Positions 1 to 10,319 of a stretch of 64,000 nucleotides of DNA are shown here, piece after piece. A model generated the notes under the pieces. The model was not told the DNA's origin. It worked only from the letters and a program-made list of their open reading frames with translations, and did not search any database. Both the position numbers and the translations under genes were made by a program. Positions within the stretch are counted from its first letter, which is position 1. Each line of letters starts with the position of its first letter. The stretch is from Deltaproteobacteria bacterium (GTDB lineage: Bacteria; Myxococcota_A; UBA9160; SMWR01): contig JAQBGU010000209.1 in the NCBI GenBank assembly GCA_032128375.1, positions 1 through 64,000 on the forward strand, in the 5' to 3' direction.

Positions 1-29
1 CGAGGTCTACCAAAAACGAGAGCTAGGAA

Positions 30-88
30 CCCGACCCAAGATGGGTCGGGGAACGACGCCGAAGCTTTCGCCGCGCAGCGGCGAAAGC
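30..88. repeat. Two adjacent perfect GC-rich hairpins (possible terminator or REP-like palindromes)
   Basis: CCCGACCCA-aga-TGGGTCGGG (30-50) and GCTTTCGCCGC-gca-GCGGCGAAAGC (64-88); no clear U-tract. Confidence 0.4.
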
Positions 89-528
89 GCGACTCGCAGG
101 TCGACTCGGTTATGAAGTAGTCGAGCCTGCTTGGTCGCGGCACGCAACGCGCCTCGTGGGTGGCCGACGGCGTTCATGGAACACCTGTGGTGATTTTAAG
201 CCGAACCGTTGCCCGCTCAGACGCTGATGGGTGCAGTATCCAACGTTCGGTTCGGCGTGAGCGGAGACTCGGGCGTCGGTCGCGCAGACGCATGGATGCT
301 TTCTTGTACGGGCTCTCCTCTGTGCAAACGCTGGTATGCTCTCCGCTCATTCGCGACGCGCACGTCGACTGACTGAATCGCCAGCGTCGGGGCTCGAGCA
401 AGCGGGCGGCGGCCCGATCACGGTGTCGCACCCAACCTGAAAAGCGGCGGCGGAAGGCGGCGAAGTCAATCGCCCCCGCCCGGTCCCGCGATAACCGACA
501 ACCTATTTGAATGAGGGAGAGAGTCACA

Positions 529-1227
529 ATGACTGACCATCTGAAACACTCGGTGTTGGCTTTACTCATCGCATTTGCACTCGGCTGCGCCGGCTCGAAT
601 GTGAGACAGACGGCCACGGCGACGAACCAACCGATCCCCAGGCCGGGAGTCGTTCTCGTTTACGATTTCGCCGTCGGGCCGAACGACCTAGTCGTCGACA
701 CGCTCGGATACCAGTTCAAGAGCGAATCCACCAAACGGACAGAGGGGGAAAAGGAAGCCTACGCGACGGCCGATTCGCTTTCCGAGCAACTCGTCGAGAA
801 GCTCACCAAGCGGGGGATCCCGGCCGAGCGAGCGAGCGACGACCGTGTACCTCCGATGAACGCGATCGTCCTCAGGGGCCAGTTCCTGACGATCGACCCG
901 GGCAGTCGCGCAAAGCGTATGGTCATCGGCTTCGGAGCCGGATCCACCAAGCTGGAGGTACATGCTCAGGCGTACCAAGCCACGGAACGAGGACTGGTAC
1001 GCCTCGCCGCGGCCGAGATCGATTCGCACGGCAGCAAGATGCCGGGAATGGCGGTTCCAGTGGCCGGTGGCGCGGTCGTGGGAAGCGCCGCCACGTCGGC
1101 GGTGATCAGCGGTGGAATGGCCATCGTGAGGGAGACGCGCGGCGCCATGTATGACGACGCCGGCCGAATCGCCGACGAGATCGCCGAGCGTGCCGAGGCA
1201 TTCTACAAACGTCAGGGTTGGCTCTGA
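529..1227 (+). CDS. DUF4410-like lipoprotein
   Basis: Signal peptide with lipobox ALGC; G-F-G-A-G motif (RMVIGFGAGST) typical of DUF4410; ATG 529 preceded by GAGGGAGAG. Confidence 0.7.
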   Translation: MTDHLKHSVLALLIAFALGCAGSNVRQTATATNQPIPRPGVVLVYDFAVGPNDLVVDTLGYQFKSESTKRTEGEKEAYATADSLSEQLVEKLTKRGIPAERASDDRVPPMNAIVLRGQFLTIDPGSRAKRMVIGFGAGSTKLEVHAQAYQATERGLVRLAAAEIDSHGSKMPGMAVPVAGGAVVGSAATSAVISGGMAIVRETRGAMYDDAGRIADEIAERAEAFYKRQGWL

Positions 1228-1365
1228 GGTCCGATCACGTGTTTTGATTGGGCGTCGCAAAGCCAGCGAACCCAAATTCTGAGTAGATGTTTGCGAGTTG
1301 ACGTGACCTGATAGCATCGCTCCGGCATACTTGCGGCGCCAGGATCGCGTCAAACGGAGGGTCGA

Positions 1366-2553
1366 ATGTCGAATCAGAGGGAGGGCCGATGCGTATCGCG
1401 GAATCCGCGTGATTGCAGGAGGTACGACTGCCTCGACATCTGCGATTCGAGCGGAACAGGGTTTCCGTTCACGGTCTCGTTGTTGTTGTGGTTGTTGTTG
1501 TGGTTGTTGTTGGCGGCTGTGCTCTTGTTGGGTCTCGCTTGCGGGGACGAGCCAGCCGAACCCGAACCGGTTGCCCGACCCGTCAAGATCGTCGAGTTCG
1601 GCGATTCCGGCGCCGGTTCGAACATCGAATATCCGGGCGAGGTGTCACCTGCGACCAATGCAGAGGTCGCGTTCGAGGTCCCCGGGAAGCTGATCGATTT
1701 TCCGGTGACCGAGAGCCAACTGGTCAGGCGAGGAGATCTGCTCGCGAAGCTCGATCCGCGTGACTACCAATCCAACCTGGATGCCGCCAAGGCCAGCGCA
1801 GGTGCGGCGGGCGCGGAATACAGCCGGATGCGGGCGCTGTTCGATCGAGACGTCGCATCCAAACAGCAACTCGAGAAGGCGCAACGTGAGTTCGGAGTAT
1901 TCACTGCCCAGGTCGAAAAGGCTCAGAAGGCCGTCGATGACACAATGTTGCGCGCCCCATTCGACGGAACGATCGCTCGCAAGATCGCAAACGACTTCGA
2001 CAACGTGCAGGCCAAGCAACCCATCGTGTTGCTCCAGACGGGCGGCGCGCTCGATATCGTCATCAACGTGCCCGAGAAGGACTACGCGCGGATCCCGACC
2101 GGTTTGACCATTGCGGAGCGAAGCGCTAGAGCCGACGCCGAGGTGGTACTTTCGGCGATTCCCGACCGCTCCTTTCCGGCCGTGTTGAAGGAATTCGCGA
2201 CCGCGGCAGACCCCACCACGCGGACGTTCACGGCGACCTTCTCGTTCGCGCCTCCCAGTGACGTCAATGTGATGCCCGGTATGACGGCACGGCTGATTAT
2301 TCGAGGGGTCGGCGGAGCATCGACTGGCAAGAGCATCCCGGTGCAAGCGACCCTGGAGGGCAGTGAGGGCAAACCCTATGTGTGGGTGGTCGACGGCAAT
2401 AGCATGAAAGTCCACAAGACCCCGGTCACGCTGGGCCCACTCTCGGGGGACGCAGTGGAAATCGTTGTCGGTCTCAAAAACGGGGAGCTGGTCGTTACGT
2501 CCGGCGTCCATCAGTTGCGAGAAGGGACGCAAGTTCGTCGGATAGCCGATTGA
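1366..2553 (+). CDS. RND efflux periplasmic adaptor (membrane fusion protein), probable lipoprotein; start uncertain
   Basis: Lipobox LGLAC; VAFEVPGKL...GDLLAKLD, LRAPFDGTI, DPTTRTF, PGMTA and GLKNGELVVTSG are MFP motifs. Confidence 0.92.
   Translation: MSNQREGRCVSRNPRDCRRYDCLDICDSSGTGFPFTVSLLLWLLLWLLLAAVLLLGLACGDEPAEPEPVARPVKIVEFGDSGAGSNIEYPGEVSPATNAEVAFEVPGKLIDFPVTESQLVRRGDLLAKLDPRDYQSNLDAAKASAGAAGAEYSRMRALFDRDVASKQQLEKAQREFGVFTAQVEKAQKAVDDTMLRAPFDGTIARKIANDFDNVQAKQPIVLLQTGGALDIVINVPEKDYARIPTGLTIAERSARADAEVVLSAIPDRSFPAVLKEFATAADPTTRTFTATFSFAPPSDVNVMPGMTARLIIRGVGGASTGKSIPVQATLEGSEGKPYVWVVDGNSMKVHKTPVTLGPLSGDAVEIVVGLKNGELVVTSGVHQLREGTQVRRIAD
1479..1512 (+). repeat. 12-bp tandem repeat GTTGTTGTTGTG x~2.8 encoding LLLW-LLLW-LLL in the MFP signal peptide
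   Basis: Directly visible. Confidence 0.85.
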
Positions 2554-2587
2554 ATTCGGAGTACCTGGCCAACCGGGAGCACCTGAC

Positions 2588-5500
2588 TTGAACCTTGCCG
2601 AATTTTCACTCAACAATCGCATCTTCATCCTGACACTCACGTTCGCGGGGATCGGCGGCGGCTTGCTGGCATTCAACAGCATGAGCCGGCTCGAGGACCC
2701 GGAATTCACGATCAAGGACGCGCTGATCATCACGCCCTATCCGGGAGCCTCTGCGTTAGAAGTCGAACAGGAGGTGACCGACGCACTCGAGTTGGCGGTT
2801 CAACAGCTGGGGCAGCTCGACAAGATCGAGTCCCGCTCCGATCGAGGGCTCTCCACGCTCACCGTCACGGTTAAAGACCGGTACAACAAAGTGACGCTGC
2901 CGCAGGTGTGGGACGAACTGCGTCGCAAGGTGAGCGACGCGCAGCGAGAATTGCCACCTGGAGCCGGCCCTTCTGTCGTCATCGACGACTATGGCGACGT
3001 ATTTGGAGTCTTCGCGGCGGTCTATGGTGGCGAATACAGCTACGCCGAGCTCAAGAAAACGGTCGACCTGCTCCGCAAGGAACTCATTCTGGTAGACGAC
3101 GTTGCCAAGATCAGCACGGTTGGCGAGCTCGCCGAGTGTATCTATGTGGAATTGTCGCGCGACCGTCTGGCTCAGCTCGGAATACCGGAGAGCGCTATCG
3201 TCGACGAACTCCGCGAGCGCAACGCGGTGAACGATTCAGGCCGAGTCGTCGTCGGCCCGGATTTCATTGCGATCGAACCGACCGGTGTAGCGCAGTCCGT
3301 TGCCTACTTCGAATCGATCCTGATCAGTCGCGGACTCGGGAAGGAGCTGCGTCTCGGGGACGTAGCCACGATCCGGCGGGGATACCTGGAGCCGCCGAGC
3401 AGCCTGATTCGCTATGACGGAAATCCGGCGATCGGAGTCGGAATATCCACGGTTCCCGGCGGAAACGTGGTCACGATGGGCAAGGCACTCGCGAAGCGCA
3501 TGCTGGAGCTCCGATCCCAGACACCGCTGGGGATCGACTTCGGGATCGTTTCGCTTCAATCCGATGCAGTCGTGCAGGCTATCAGCGGCTTTACGGTCAG
3601 TCTGCTGCAGGCCGTCGCGATCGTGATCGTCGTGTTACTGCTGTTCATGGGACTCCGCAGTGGACTGCTGATCGGCTTCATCCTGCTGCTGACGATCGTC
3701 GCAAGCTTCGTGTTTCTGCAACCATGGGGTGTGGCACTCGAAAGAATTTCGCTCGGTGCGCTGATTATCGCGCTCGGCATGCTGGTCGACAACGCGATCG
3801 TCGTCGTCGACGGAATCCTGATTCGGCTGCAGCGGGGCGAAGAGGCTAGACCGGCAGCCATCGCGGTCGTACAGCAATCGTCGTTTCCGCTGCTGGGTGC
3901 GACCATCATCGCGATCCTCGCGTTTGCAGCGATCGGGACCTCAGATGACAAGACGGGTGAATTCTGTCGATCGCTGTTCCAGGTCGTGTTCGTTTCGCTG
4001 CTACTGAGCTGGATAACCGCTGTGACCGTGACGCCGGTCTTGTGCGTGATGTTCCTGCCATCGGGACGCACGGGCAGCGAGCCCGATGAAAGCCCAAGCG
4101 AAACCGACCCGTATGCTGGAGGGTTCTACGGCTCGTACAAGGCGTTTCTGGCCGCCTGCATCCGTCTGCGATGGGTATCGATCGGTACGGTATTGGGCAT
4201 GTTCTCGCTGGCGGTCTACGGCTTCGGATTCTTGGACCAGAGCTTCTTTCCGTCTTCGACACGCCCACAGTTCATCGTCGATTTCTGGCTTCCAAAGGGC
4301 ACGGATATCACCTACACCGAGAGCGAGGCCGAAAAGGTCGAGCAGTACCTGCTCGACCGAGAAGGTGTCAGCCATGTGACGTCGCTGGTCGGAAAGGGCG
4401 GGCTGCGGTTCCTCCTCACCTACGCCCCTGAGAAAGCCAACACGGGCTACGTGCAATTCCTCGTCGATGTGGACGGCTCGGATCGCATCGATGTACTGAT
4501 TCCAGAAATCGAAGCCGACCTGGCCGAGAACTTCTCTCATGCGATCAGTTACGCGTACAAATTCGAGTTGGGTCCGGGCTCCAATGGCAAGATCCGGGCC
4601 CGCTTTTCCGGACCCGACCGCGACGAATTGCGCGGCTTGGCGGATCAGGCACTGGCGATCATGGATCACGATGTGGACGCCAGGGCGATTCACACCGATT
4701 GGTGGAACCGGGTCAAGGTGCTCGAGCCTGTCATCGCCAACGAGACGGCGAATCTGAACGGTATCCAGCGCAGCGACGTCGCGAATGTTTTGCGTCAGGG
4801 ATTTCAGGGGTTGACGGTCGGCATCTACCGCGAGAATGATCTGATTCTCCCGATCGTGATGCGGGCCGAGCAAAACGACCGCATCAGCGTCGACAGCATT
4901 CGGAACCTGCAGATCTGGAGCCCCGCCGCGGGCGCAATGATCCCGCTTCGCCAGGTGGTATCGAGCTTCGACACGCGCTTCGAAGATGAACTCATCATTC
5001 GCCGCGACCGCAAGCGCACCATCACGGTTTTCTCGGATCCAAAATCCGGCCCGGCGAGTGCGCTGTTTGCCAGATTGAGGCCCCAGATCGAGGCGATTGC
5101 GCTGCCCGACGGCTACTCGCTCGAATGGGGTGGAGAATACGAAGACTCAGGCAACGCGCAGGCGGCGATGGCGGGCAGTATCCCGCTGTTCGTGCTGATC
5201 ATGTTGATCGTCACGATCGGCCTGTTCAACTCACTCAAGCAGCCCGCCATCATCTGGCTGTGCGTGCCTCTGGCGGTGATCGGTGTCACCGCCGGGCTGC
5301 TCGCCACCGGCCAGCCCTTCGGCTTCATGGCGCTACTGGGTTTTTTGAGCCTGATGGGGATGCTCATCAAGAACGCGATCGTGCTGATCGACGAGATCAA
5401 CCTGCAGCGCTCAGAAGGCAAGGTGCTGCTGCCGGCGATCATCGATTCGGCGACCAGCCGTCTGCGCCCTGTGTCGATGGCTGCCTCGACGACCGCACTC

Positions 5501-5689
5501 GGGATGATTCCACTTCTGGCAGACGATTTCTTCCGCGCAATGGCGGTCACGATCATCGGGGGACTGATTTTCGCCACGGTGTTGACCATGATCGTGGTTC
5601 CCGTGCTCTTCTCGGTCTTCTACTCGGACGAAGCCGACCTGGCGCCGGCTGCCGCGATCACGCCTCATTCACCGGATGGACGCGACTGA
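2588..5689 (+). CDS. RND efflux permease (AcrB/AcrD/AcrF family)
   Basis: 1033 aa; EDPEFTIK, GMLVDNAIVVVD, GMLIKNAIVLID and RLRPV motifs; two TM blocks. Confidence 0.96.
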   Translation: MNLAEFSLNNRIFILTLTFAGIGGGLLAFNSMSRLEDPEFTIKDALIITPYPGASALEVEQEVTDALELAVQQLGQLDKIESRSDRGLSTLTVTVKDRYNKVTLPQVWDELRRKVSDAQRELPPGAGPSVVIDDYGDVFGVFAAVYGGEYSYAELKKTVDLLRKELILVDDVAKISTVGELAECIYVELSRDRLAQLGIPESAIVDELRERNAVNDSGRVVVGPDFIAIEPTGVAQSVAYFESILISRGLGKELRLGDVATIRRGYLEPPSSLIRYDGNPAIGVGISTVPGGNVVTMGKALAKRMLELRSQTPLGIDFGIVSLQSDAVVQAISGFTVSLLQAVAIVIVVLLLFMGLRSGLLIGFILLLTIVASFVFLQPWGVALERISLGALIIALGMLVDNAIVVVDGILIRLQRGEEARPAAIAVVQQSSFPLLGATIIAILAFAAIGTSDDKTGEFCRSLFQVVFVSLLLSWITAVTVTPVLCVMFLPSGRTGSEPDESPSETDPYAGGFYGSYKAFLAACIRLRWVSIGTVLGMFSLAVYGFGFLDQSFFPSSTRPQFIVDFWLPKGTDITYTESEAEKVEQYLLDREGVSHVTSLVGKGGLRFLLTYAPEKANTGYVQFLVDVDGSDRIDVLIPEIEADLAENFSHAISYAYKFELGPGSNGKIRARFSGPDRDELRGLADQALAIMDHDVDARAIHTDWWNRVKVLEPVIANETANLNGIQRSDVANVLRQGFQGLTVGIYRENDLILPIVMRAEQNDRISVDSIRNLQIWSPAAGAMIPLRQVVSSFDTRFEDELIIRRDRKRTITVFSDPKSGPASALFARLRPQIEAIALPDGYSLEWGGEYEDSGNAQAAMAGSIPLFVLIMLIVTIGLFNSLKQPAIIWLCVPLAVIGVTAGLLATGQPFGFMALLGFLSLMGMLIKNAIVLIDEINLQRSEGKVLLPAIIDSATSRLRPVSMAASTTALGMIPLLADDFFRAMAVTIIGGLIFATVLTMIVVPVLFSVFYSDEADLAPAAAITPHSPDGRD

Positions 5690-6365
5690 TTTGAATAAGA
5701 TTCAAAACTTGGTGGCGCGTTACGGTCACGCCCAACTTCTAGCCGCGCTGGCGTTGCTGCTGCTCATCGATCCGTTTCTGAATGGAGTTGTGGGCCAAAC
5801 AGTCCTTGACTCATTCCTCGTGGTCACACTGATTTCGGCAATCATCGCATGCGCGAACACCCGCCGGCATGTTGTAATCGGTGTTTCGTTGGCCACCAGC
5901 GTACTGATTGCGTTGTTGCTTCGACGCCTTCTGGAATCCGAAGTTTTCGATGTCGCCCTGTCGATGCTCGCGATCTCCTTTTTTGGTTATGTGATCGCGC
6001 TGATCCTGGGAAGCGTGTTTCGCGACAGTCGAAGAGTCTCGACGGACACGATCTGCGGAGCTCTTTCCGTGTATCTGTTGTTGGGACTCCTAATTGCCTT
6101 CGCGTTCGCGCTGCTGGAGCAGATGGTCCCGGGCTCCTTTTCGGGTATGGAGGAGGGAACCTCCTTCACCAAATACAAGCGATTCTTGGGCTTCAGCTTT
6201 GTCACGCTCACGACGCTCGGCTATGGAAACGTAGTGCCGTTGACACCACGTGCTGACGCGCTCGCCATGTCGAATGCGATCGTGGGACAGCTCTATTTGA
6301 CCGTACTGGTCGCGCGGCTCGTCGCGTTGAATCTCCTCAACGGCCAAGAACAATCAGACAGTTGA
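5676..6365 (+). CDS. Potassium/ion channel family protein (Ion_trans_2)
   Basis: Multiple TM helices; pore signature FSFVTLTTLGYG; overlaps the RND gene end by 14 bp. Confidence 0.88.
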   Translation: MDATDLNKIQNLVARYGHAQLLAALALLLLIDPFLNGVVGQTVLDSFLVVTLISAIIACANTRRHVVIGVSLATSVLIALLLRRLLESEVFDVALSMLAISFFGYVIALILGSVFRDSRRVSTDTICGALSVYLLLGLLIAFAFALLEQMVPGSFSGMEEGTSFTKYKRFLGFSFVTLTTLGYGNVVPLTPRADALAMSNAIVGQLYLTVLVARLVALNLLNGQEQSDS

Positions 6366-6415
6366 GCGCTTTGTCGGCCGCCTGCGGCACTCGCGATGAG
6401 TAGAGCGCGACATTG

Positions 6416-6930
6416 TCAATCAACCTGGGAATCTCGAGCAACCGGAACGATCAGACCGGACTGTACGAGAAACCGGTACAGCGAATCGAAGGGGGCGCGA
6501 GGGCTCAAATTTTCGACCGTAACGCGCCCGGCTTCTTGGGTGCTGACGAAGTTCAGATCGGTGCGATAGGAGTCGAGGTGCGAGTGGAACGCCGACGCAT
6601 CCATTTCGTGCAAATAGATCTTGACGTTGTCCGCGAACACGGCCGATGGCTTCGAGTAACCCGCCGGCGAGGTCTGCAAAGTATTCCTCGGCGAACAACA
6701 TGGCGAGCGTCGAGATTCCCATCGAAAACCTCATGGGTGCCTGGGAGTAGCGTCGCAAGTACGCAGTCAGATTGTGGCTCGCTGCCAGTCTGCTCAGGAG
6801 CACCCATTGGCCGGCCGCATTCAAGTCCTTTACGCGGCGCAAGTATTCTTGGGGCTCCAGCCGGTCCCGCTCGCGCAGACTGGCGACGCTGAGCTCCATC
6901 AGGAGCAGGGTGTTCTCGAATACTAGAACA
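6416..6930 (-). pseudogene. 5'-truncated, frameshifted remnant of a conserved protein (family often annotated as nicotinate-nucleotide adenylyltransferase-like or TonB-dependent receptor)
   Basis: One frame reads LLLMELSVASL...EEYFADLAGGLLEAIGR; a second frame continues VFADNVKIYL...LYRFLVQSGLI*. Joined, they match the remembered family pattern GGILE.GRLF...VKLY. Shift at ~6640. Confidence 0.6.
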
Positions 6931-7019
6931 CCACCATGTCGATCGCTGCGCGAACCAGCACTCGCGTTTCTCGGAAAATCTATTTCAAGATGCCTTCGGC
7001 GACACTCGCCGACAGGTTC

Positions 7020-8705
7020 TCAGCGGCGCATGAGGGCGTAGATATCGGTGCGTCGCACCATTCCCAGCAGATGGCCGTCTTCGATGACTGGCCAGGATTG
7101 GACGCGATGGCGGTCCAGAATTTCGAGTGCCGCGGCCAGCGAGGTGGTCGTGCTCAGCGCATCATCGACGTTGCTGGTGAGGTCCTCGGCGATGACGAGA
7201 TCTCGCAGAATCGGGTCATACAGCGTGCTCTTGACCTCTTCGTAAGAAATCACGCCCTTGAATAATCCGTCGCCATCGACGACGGGCAGCAGATCGGCGC
7301 CGGTTTCTCCCAGTGACTTGAGAACCCCTTCGAACGACAGTGACAGTGGGACAGTCTTCGGACGGCGGCGCATCGCGTGTTCAACAGTCGGAGCATCTTG
7401 GTTGGCTTCGACGTCACCCTTGAGCAGGCCGATGTTTCGGCGAAATTCGATGGACACCCAGCGCAGCGCCTCTGCACCCTTCGCCTCTGCGTGCGGCAGA
7501 AGATTCGCGAGCCTCACCTCGCCTGCAGAGATCGCGGTTCGGCGCACCAGCCACGGCCCGAAGAGTTCGAACACCACGACCGATGCCACCACCACGTGTC
7601 GAAGTGTTTCTGACTCCGCCGGCACGAACGCCTCGAGGGTCGCAACCAGCCCCAGTGCGATCCCCGCCTGGCAGAGCAAGCCCGCGCCCAACATCGGCGG
7701 CAGGCTCTCGTCCAGATGAGTCACGCGCAACCCCAGACGCGTTCCGATGACCTTGCCCCCGACGCGCGCGAAGACGAAAAGAACTGCCAGCACGCCCGCC
7801 TGTCCGAGCGCTTCAATGTGAAGATCGCGACCAGCCGCGATGAAAAACAACACATAAATGGGATACACGGTATTTTCGAGATAGCGAAACATCTCTTCTG
7901 CGTGCGGGGACCCATTCGCGAGTGCCACCCCGGCACCAAAACAGGCGAGCATCCCCATGGAGGTGCCACCCCCGGGTACCATGTGCGCCAATCCCATCGG
8001 CGCTAGCACCACCAGAATTCCGAGAAGCACCATTTCGCGGCGGCCCGTAATCGACTCGAGCCAGATTGCCGCGCCAAATCCGATCACCCCGCCACCGAGT
8101 AGTGCGACTACTGCAGCGGCCGTTGCAGGGCCAGGTTCTCCAACTCCGAACGCCAGACTCAGCAGCAATGGGAACGCCAGCAGCGCGAACAGGTTGTTCT
8201 GACCTACACACAAAATCAAGAGACGGGATGCCGGACCCTCGGCCTCCACCTCTCGCAACGTCACCATCGTGGCACTCGGTGCACTCGATACCGCCAACGC
8301 GGGTGCGATCAATCCCAGTCGCCAGTCTCCGGAGACGGCATACACCGCTGTGCCGACGAACAACGAGGTCAAACCGATTTCCGCGGCAGACACCCCGAGA
8401 ATTTTCGGTCCGACCTCTCGAAACGTCGAGAACTGAAACGCCGACCCGATACCAAGCAATATGAAGCCTACCCCGAGTTCCTGCAGCACGCGCAGCGGCG
8501 CCTCGGTCGCGGGACCGAGCAGAAGCGAAGCAGCGAGCCCATCCGATTCAACAACGCCGAGTGCCACGTGCGGCCCGAGAAGCAAACCCACCAGCAGGTA
8601 GACCGTTACGCGAGGGACACCGAAGCGCGACGCAGCGCGCCCGATCGCGAGGCTCAAGAAGAGCGCGACTGCGAGCGGAACAAAGGTCGGAAAGAACGGG
8701 CTCAG
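7020..8705 (-). CDS. Cation:proton antiporter (CPA2/Kef-type) with C-terminal tandem CBS domains; start approximate
   Basis: ~12 TM helices (GLLLGP, SSAPSAT, QAGIALGL); C-terminal CBS pair (LPVVDGDGLFKGVIS, WPVIEDGHLLGMV). The ORF-track extension to 9050 overlaps the divergent gene and looks non-coding. Confidence 0.88.
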   Translation of the reverse strand: MSPFFPTFVPLAVALFLSLAIGRAASRFGVPRVTVYLLVGLLLGPHVALGVVESDGLAASLLLGPATEAPLRVLQELGVGFILLGIGSAFQFSTFREVGPKILGVSAAEIGLTSLFVGTAVYAVSGDWRLGLIAPALAVSSAPSATMVTLREVEAEGPASRLLILCVGQNNLFALLAFPLLLSLAFGVGEPGPATAAAVVALLGGGVIGFGAAIWLESITGRREMVLLGILVVLAPMGLAHMVPGGGTSMGMLACFGAGVALANGSPHAEEMFRYLENTVYPIYVLFFIAAGRDLHIEALGQAGVLAVLFVFARVGGKVIGTRLGLRVTHLDESLPPMLGAGLLCQAGIALGLVATLEAFVPAESETLRHVVVASVVVFELFGPWLVRRTAISAGEVRLANLLPHAEAKGAEALRWVSIEFRRNIGLLKGDVEANQDAPTVEHAMRRRPKTVPLSLSFEGVLKSLGETGADLLPVVDGDGLFKGVISYEEVKSTLYDPILRDLVIAEDLTSNVDDALSTTTSLAAALEILDRHRVQSWPVIEDGHLLGMVRRTDIYALMRR

Positions 8706-8982
8706 TGAAGCTACTTCCCGGTAGGACGTAGGGGAGCGCGGTGGGTAGCTTGGAGGGCATTGCCCAAAGCCGCGTGGGGATCGACGTAACGTGTCTCGTA
8801 ACCCGATTCGCAGGTTGTATCGCGCGTTCCCATCCGGCCCTCCCCTTGCGTTACACGGAACCCTCGCACGGCGTGATGGCATTTTCCAGCGGCATCCCCG
8901 AGCCGGCGCGATGTTGTGGACCGAGTACAATCGCTTCCCCGCGCCAGCCATTCCCAACCCACCCAACCACCTGGAGAACTCC

Positions 8983-10281
8983 ATGGGGCCTGGTGTCCGC
9001 ATGCCGAAAATGCCAGGTGGAGGAGGTCCGGCATGGGTTGCGCTGCGCATCCCTCAATACCGCTGGTTGTTCGCCAGCAACATGGCGTTCTTCTTTGCGA
9101 TGCAGGGCCAGATGGTCGTGCGCCTGTTGATTGTCTGGGAACTCACGCAGGATAAGGCGATGCTCGGCTATACGAGCTTCGCAGTCGCGGTACCGATGGT
9201 GCTGATCTCGCCCTTCGGGGGCGTAATCGCCGACCGGATGGACCGCCGCAAACTGATCCTATTCGGTCAGACCTTCCTTGCAAGTAACGAGATCATCCTA
9301 CTGACACTGCTGGTGACTGGCCGGTTGGAGTTCTGGCATCTGGTTGTCGGCGCGTTCCTGATGGGCTGCATTTTTCCGATCATTATGCCGTCGCGCATGG
9401 CAATCGTGGTGCGAATCGTCGGAAGGGACACGCTAGGCAGCGCGATGGCGTTGACTTCCGGCGGGATGAACGCGATGCGCATCGTCGCGCCGGCGATGGC
9501 CGGCTTCATGGTCGCTCCACTCGGGATCGGCGGAACCTACGCAATAGGCGTGTCGCTCTATGTGCTCGCCGCACTGTTCATGTTGGGCGTCGATTCGACA
9601 CCTCCTCCCATGACCGGCGTGACCGAGTCACTGCTCGAAGACGTGCGAGAGGGCGTTCGCTATATGCGCTCGCACCCGACTGTGATGGTGCTGATGCTGT
9701 TCGGCTTGCTACCGATGTTTCTCGCAATGCCATTCCAGACGCTGCTGGTAGTCTTCGCGGACGAAGTCTGGGAAGTCGGCGAGCGCGGTTTCGGAATTCT
9801 GCAAGGTATGGCGGGGCTGGGCGGAATGCTCGGTGCATTCGTCATTGCGCGCCGTGGCGAGCGACCGGCCCGACTTCGGCTGATGCTTCTCAGCGTGATC
9901 GCGTTCAGTTCGTTCTTGTTGATGTTCTCGGCGAGCCCGAGCTTCCTGATCGCACTACCGCTGATCCTCGCCGCGAACGTTTTCGCTGGCATGTTCCAAA
10001 TATTGAACAACACCGCGATCCAACTGCTGGTGCCCGAAGAGGTGCGAGGTAGGATCTCGGGATTCTTGATGATGTCGTTCGGGCTGACGCCGCTTGGCAC
10101 GCTTCCGATGGCGATTGCCGCCGAACGAGTCGGCGCTCCGACCGCTGTGGCCGCGGCATCGGCCGTCGTATTGGTGGGCGCGATCATCTGGTACGTCGCT
10201 AGCCCCGTGCTACGCGGGATCGACCTGGCTGTGCTCGAATCCTCAAACTCGAAGACTCAACCTACAGAGAAGCTGGCGTAG
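8983..10281 (+). CDS. MFS transporter
   Basis: Motif A GVIADRMDRRK; about 12 TM; ATG 8983 preceded by GGAG. Confidence 0.92.
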   Translation: MGPGVRMPKMPGGGGPAWVALRIPQYRWLFASNMAFFFAMQGQMVVRLLIVWELTQDKAMLGYTSFAVAVPMVLISPFGGVIADRMDRRKLILFGQTFLASNEIILLTLLVTGRLEFWHLVVGAFLMGCIFPIIMPSRMAIVVRIVGRDTLGSAMALTSGGMNAMRIVAPAMAGFMVAPLGIGGTYAIGVSLYVLAALFMLGVDSTPPPMTGVTESLLEDVREGVRYMRSHPTVMVLMLFGLLPMFLAMPFQTLLVVFADEVWEVGERGFGILQGMAGLGGMLGAFVIARRGERPARLRLMLLSVIAFSSFLLMFSASPSFLIALPLILAANVFAGMFQILNNTAIQLLVPEEVRGRISGFLMMSFGLTPLGTLPMAIAAERVGAPTAVAAASAVVLVGAIIWYVASPVLRGIDLAVLESSNSKTQPTEKLA

Positions 10282-10319
10282 TCAATGCTGTTTAGAGGGC
10301 TAACTGTGAAGGGCTCCAG

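Noticed and set aside
50..116. Possible integron attC site (AAC...palindrome...GTT)
   Set aside because: R''/R' boxes are not complementary beyond AAC/GTT; single copy; no integrase or cassette array visible
160..617. ORFs 160-372 (+) and 174-617 (-)
   Set aside because: No motifs or RBS; probably non-coding upstream region
8706..9050. Long N-terminal extensions given by the ORF track (also 41098, 50485, 52500, 58781-59197, 15712-15972)
   Set aside because: They overlap divergent genes or promoters and have low-complexity Arg/Pro-rich composition; downstream starts fit better and often have a clear RBS
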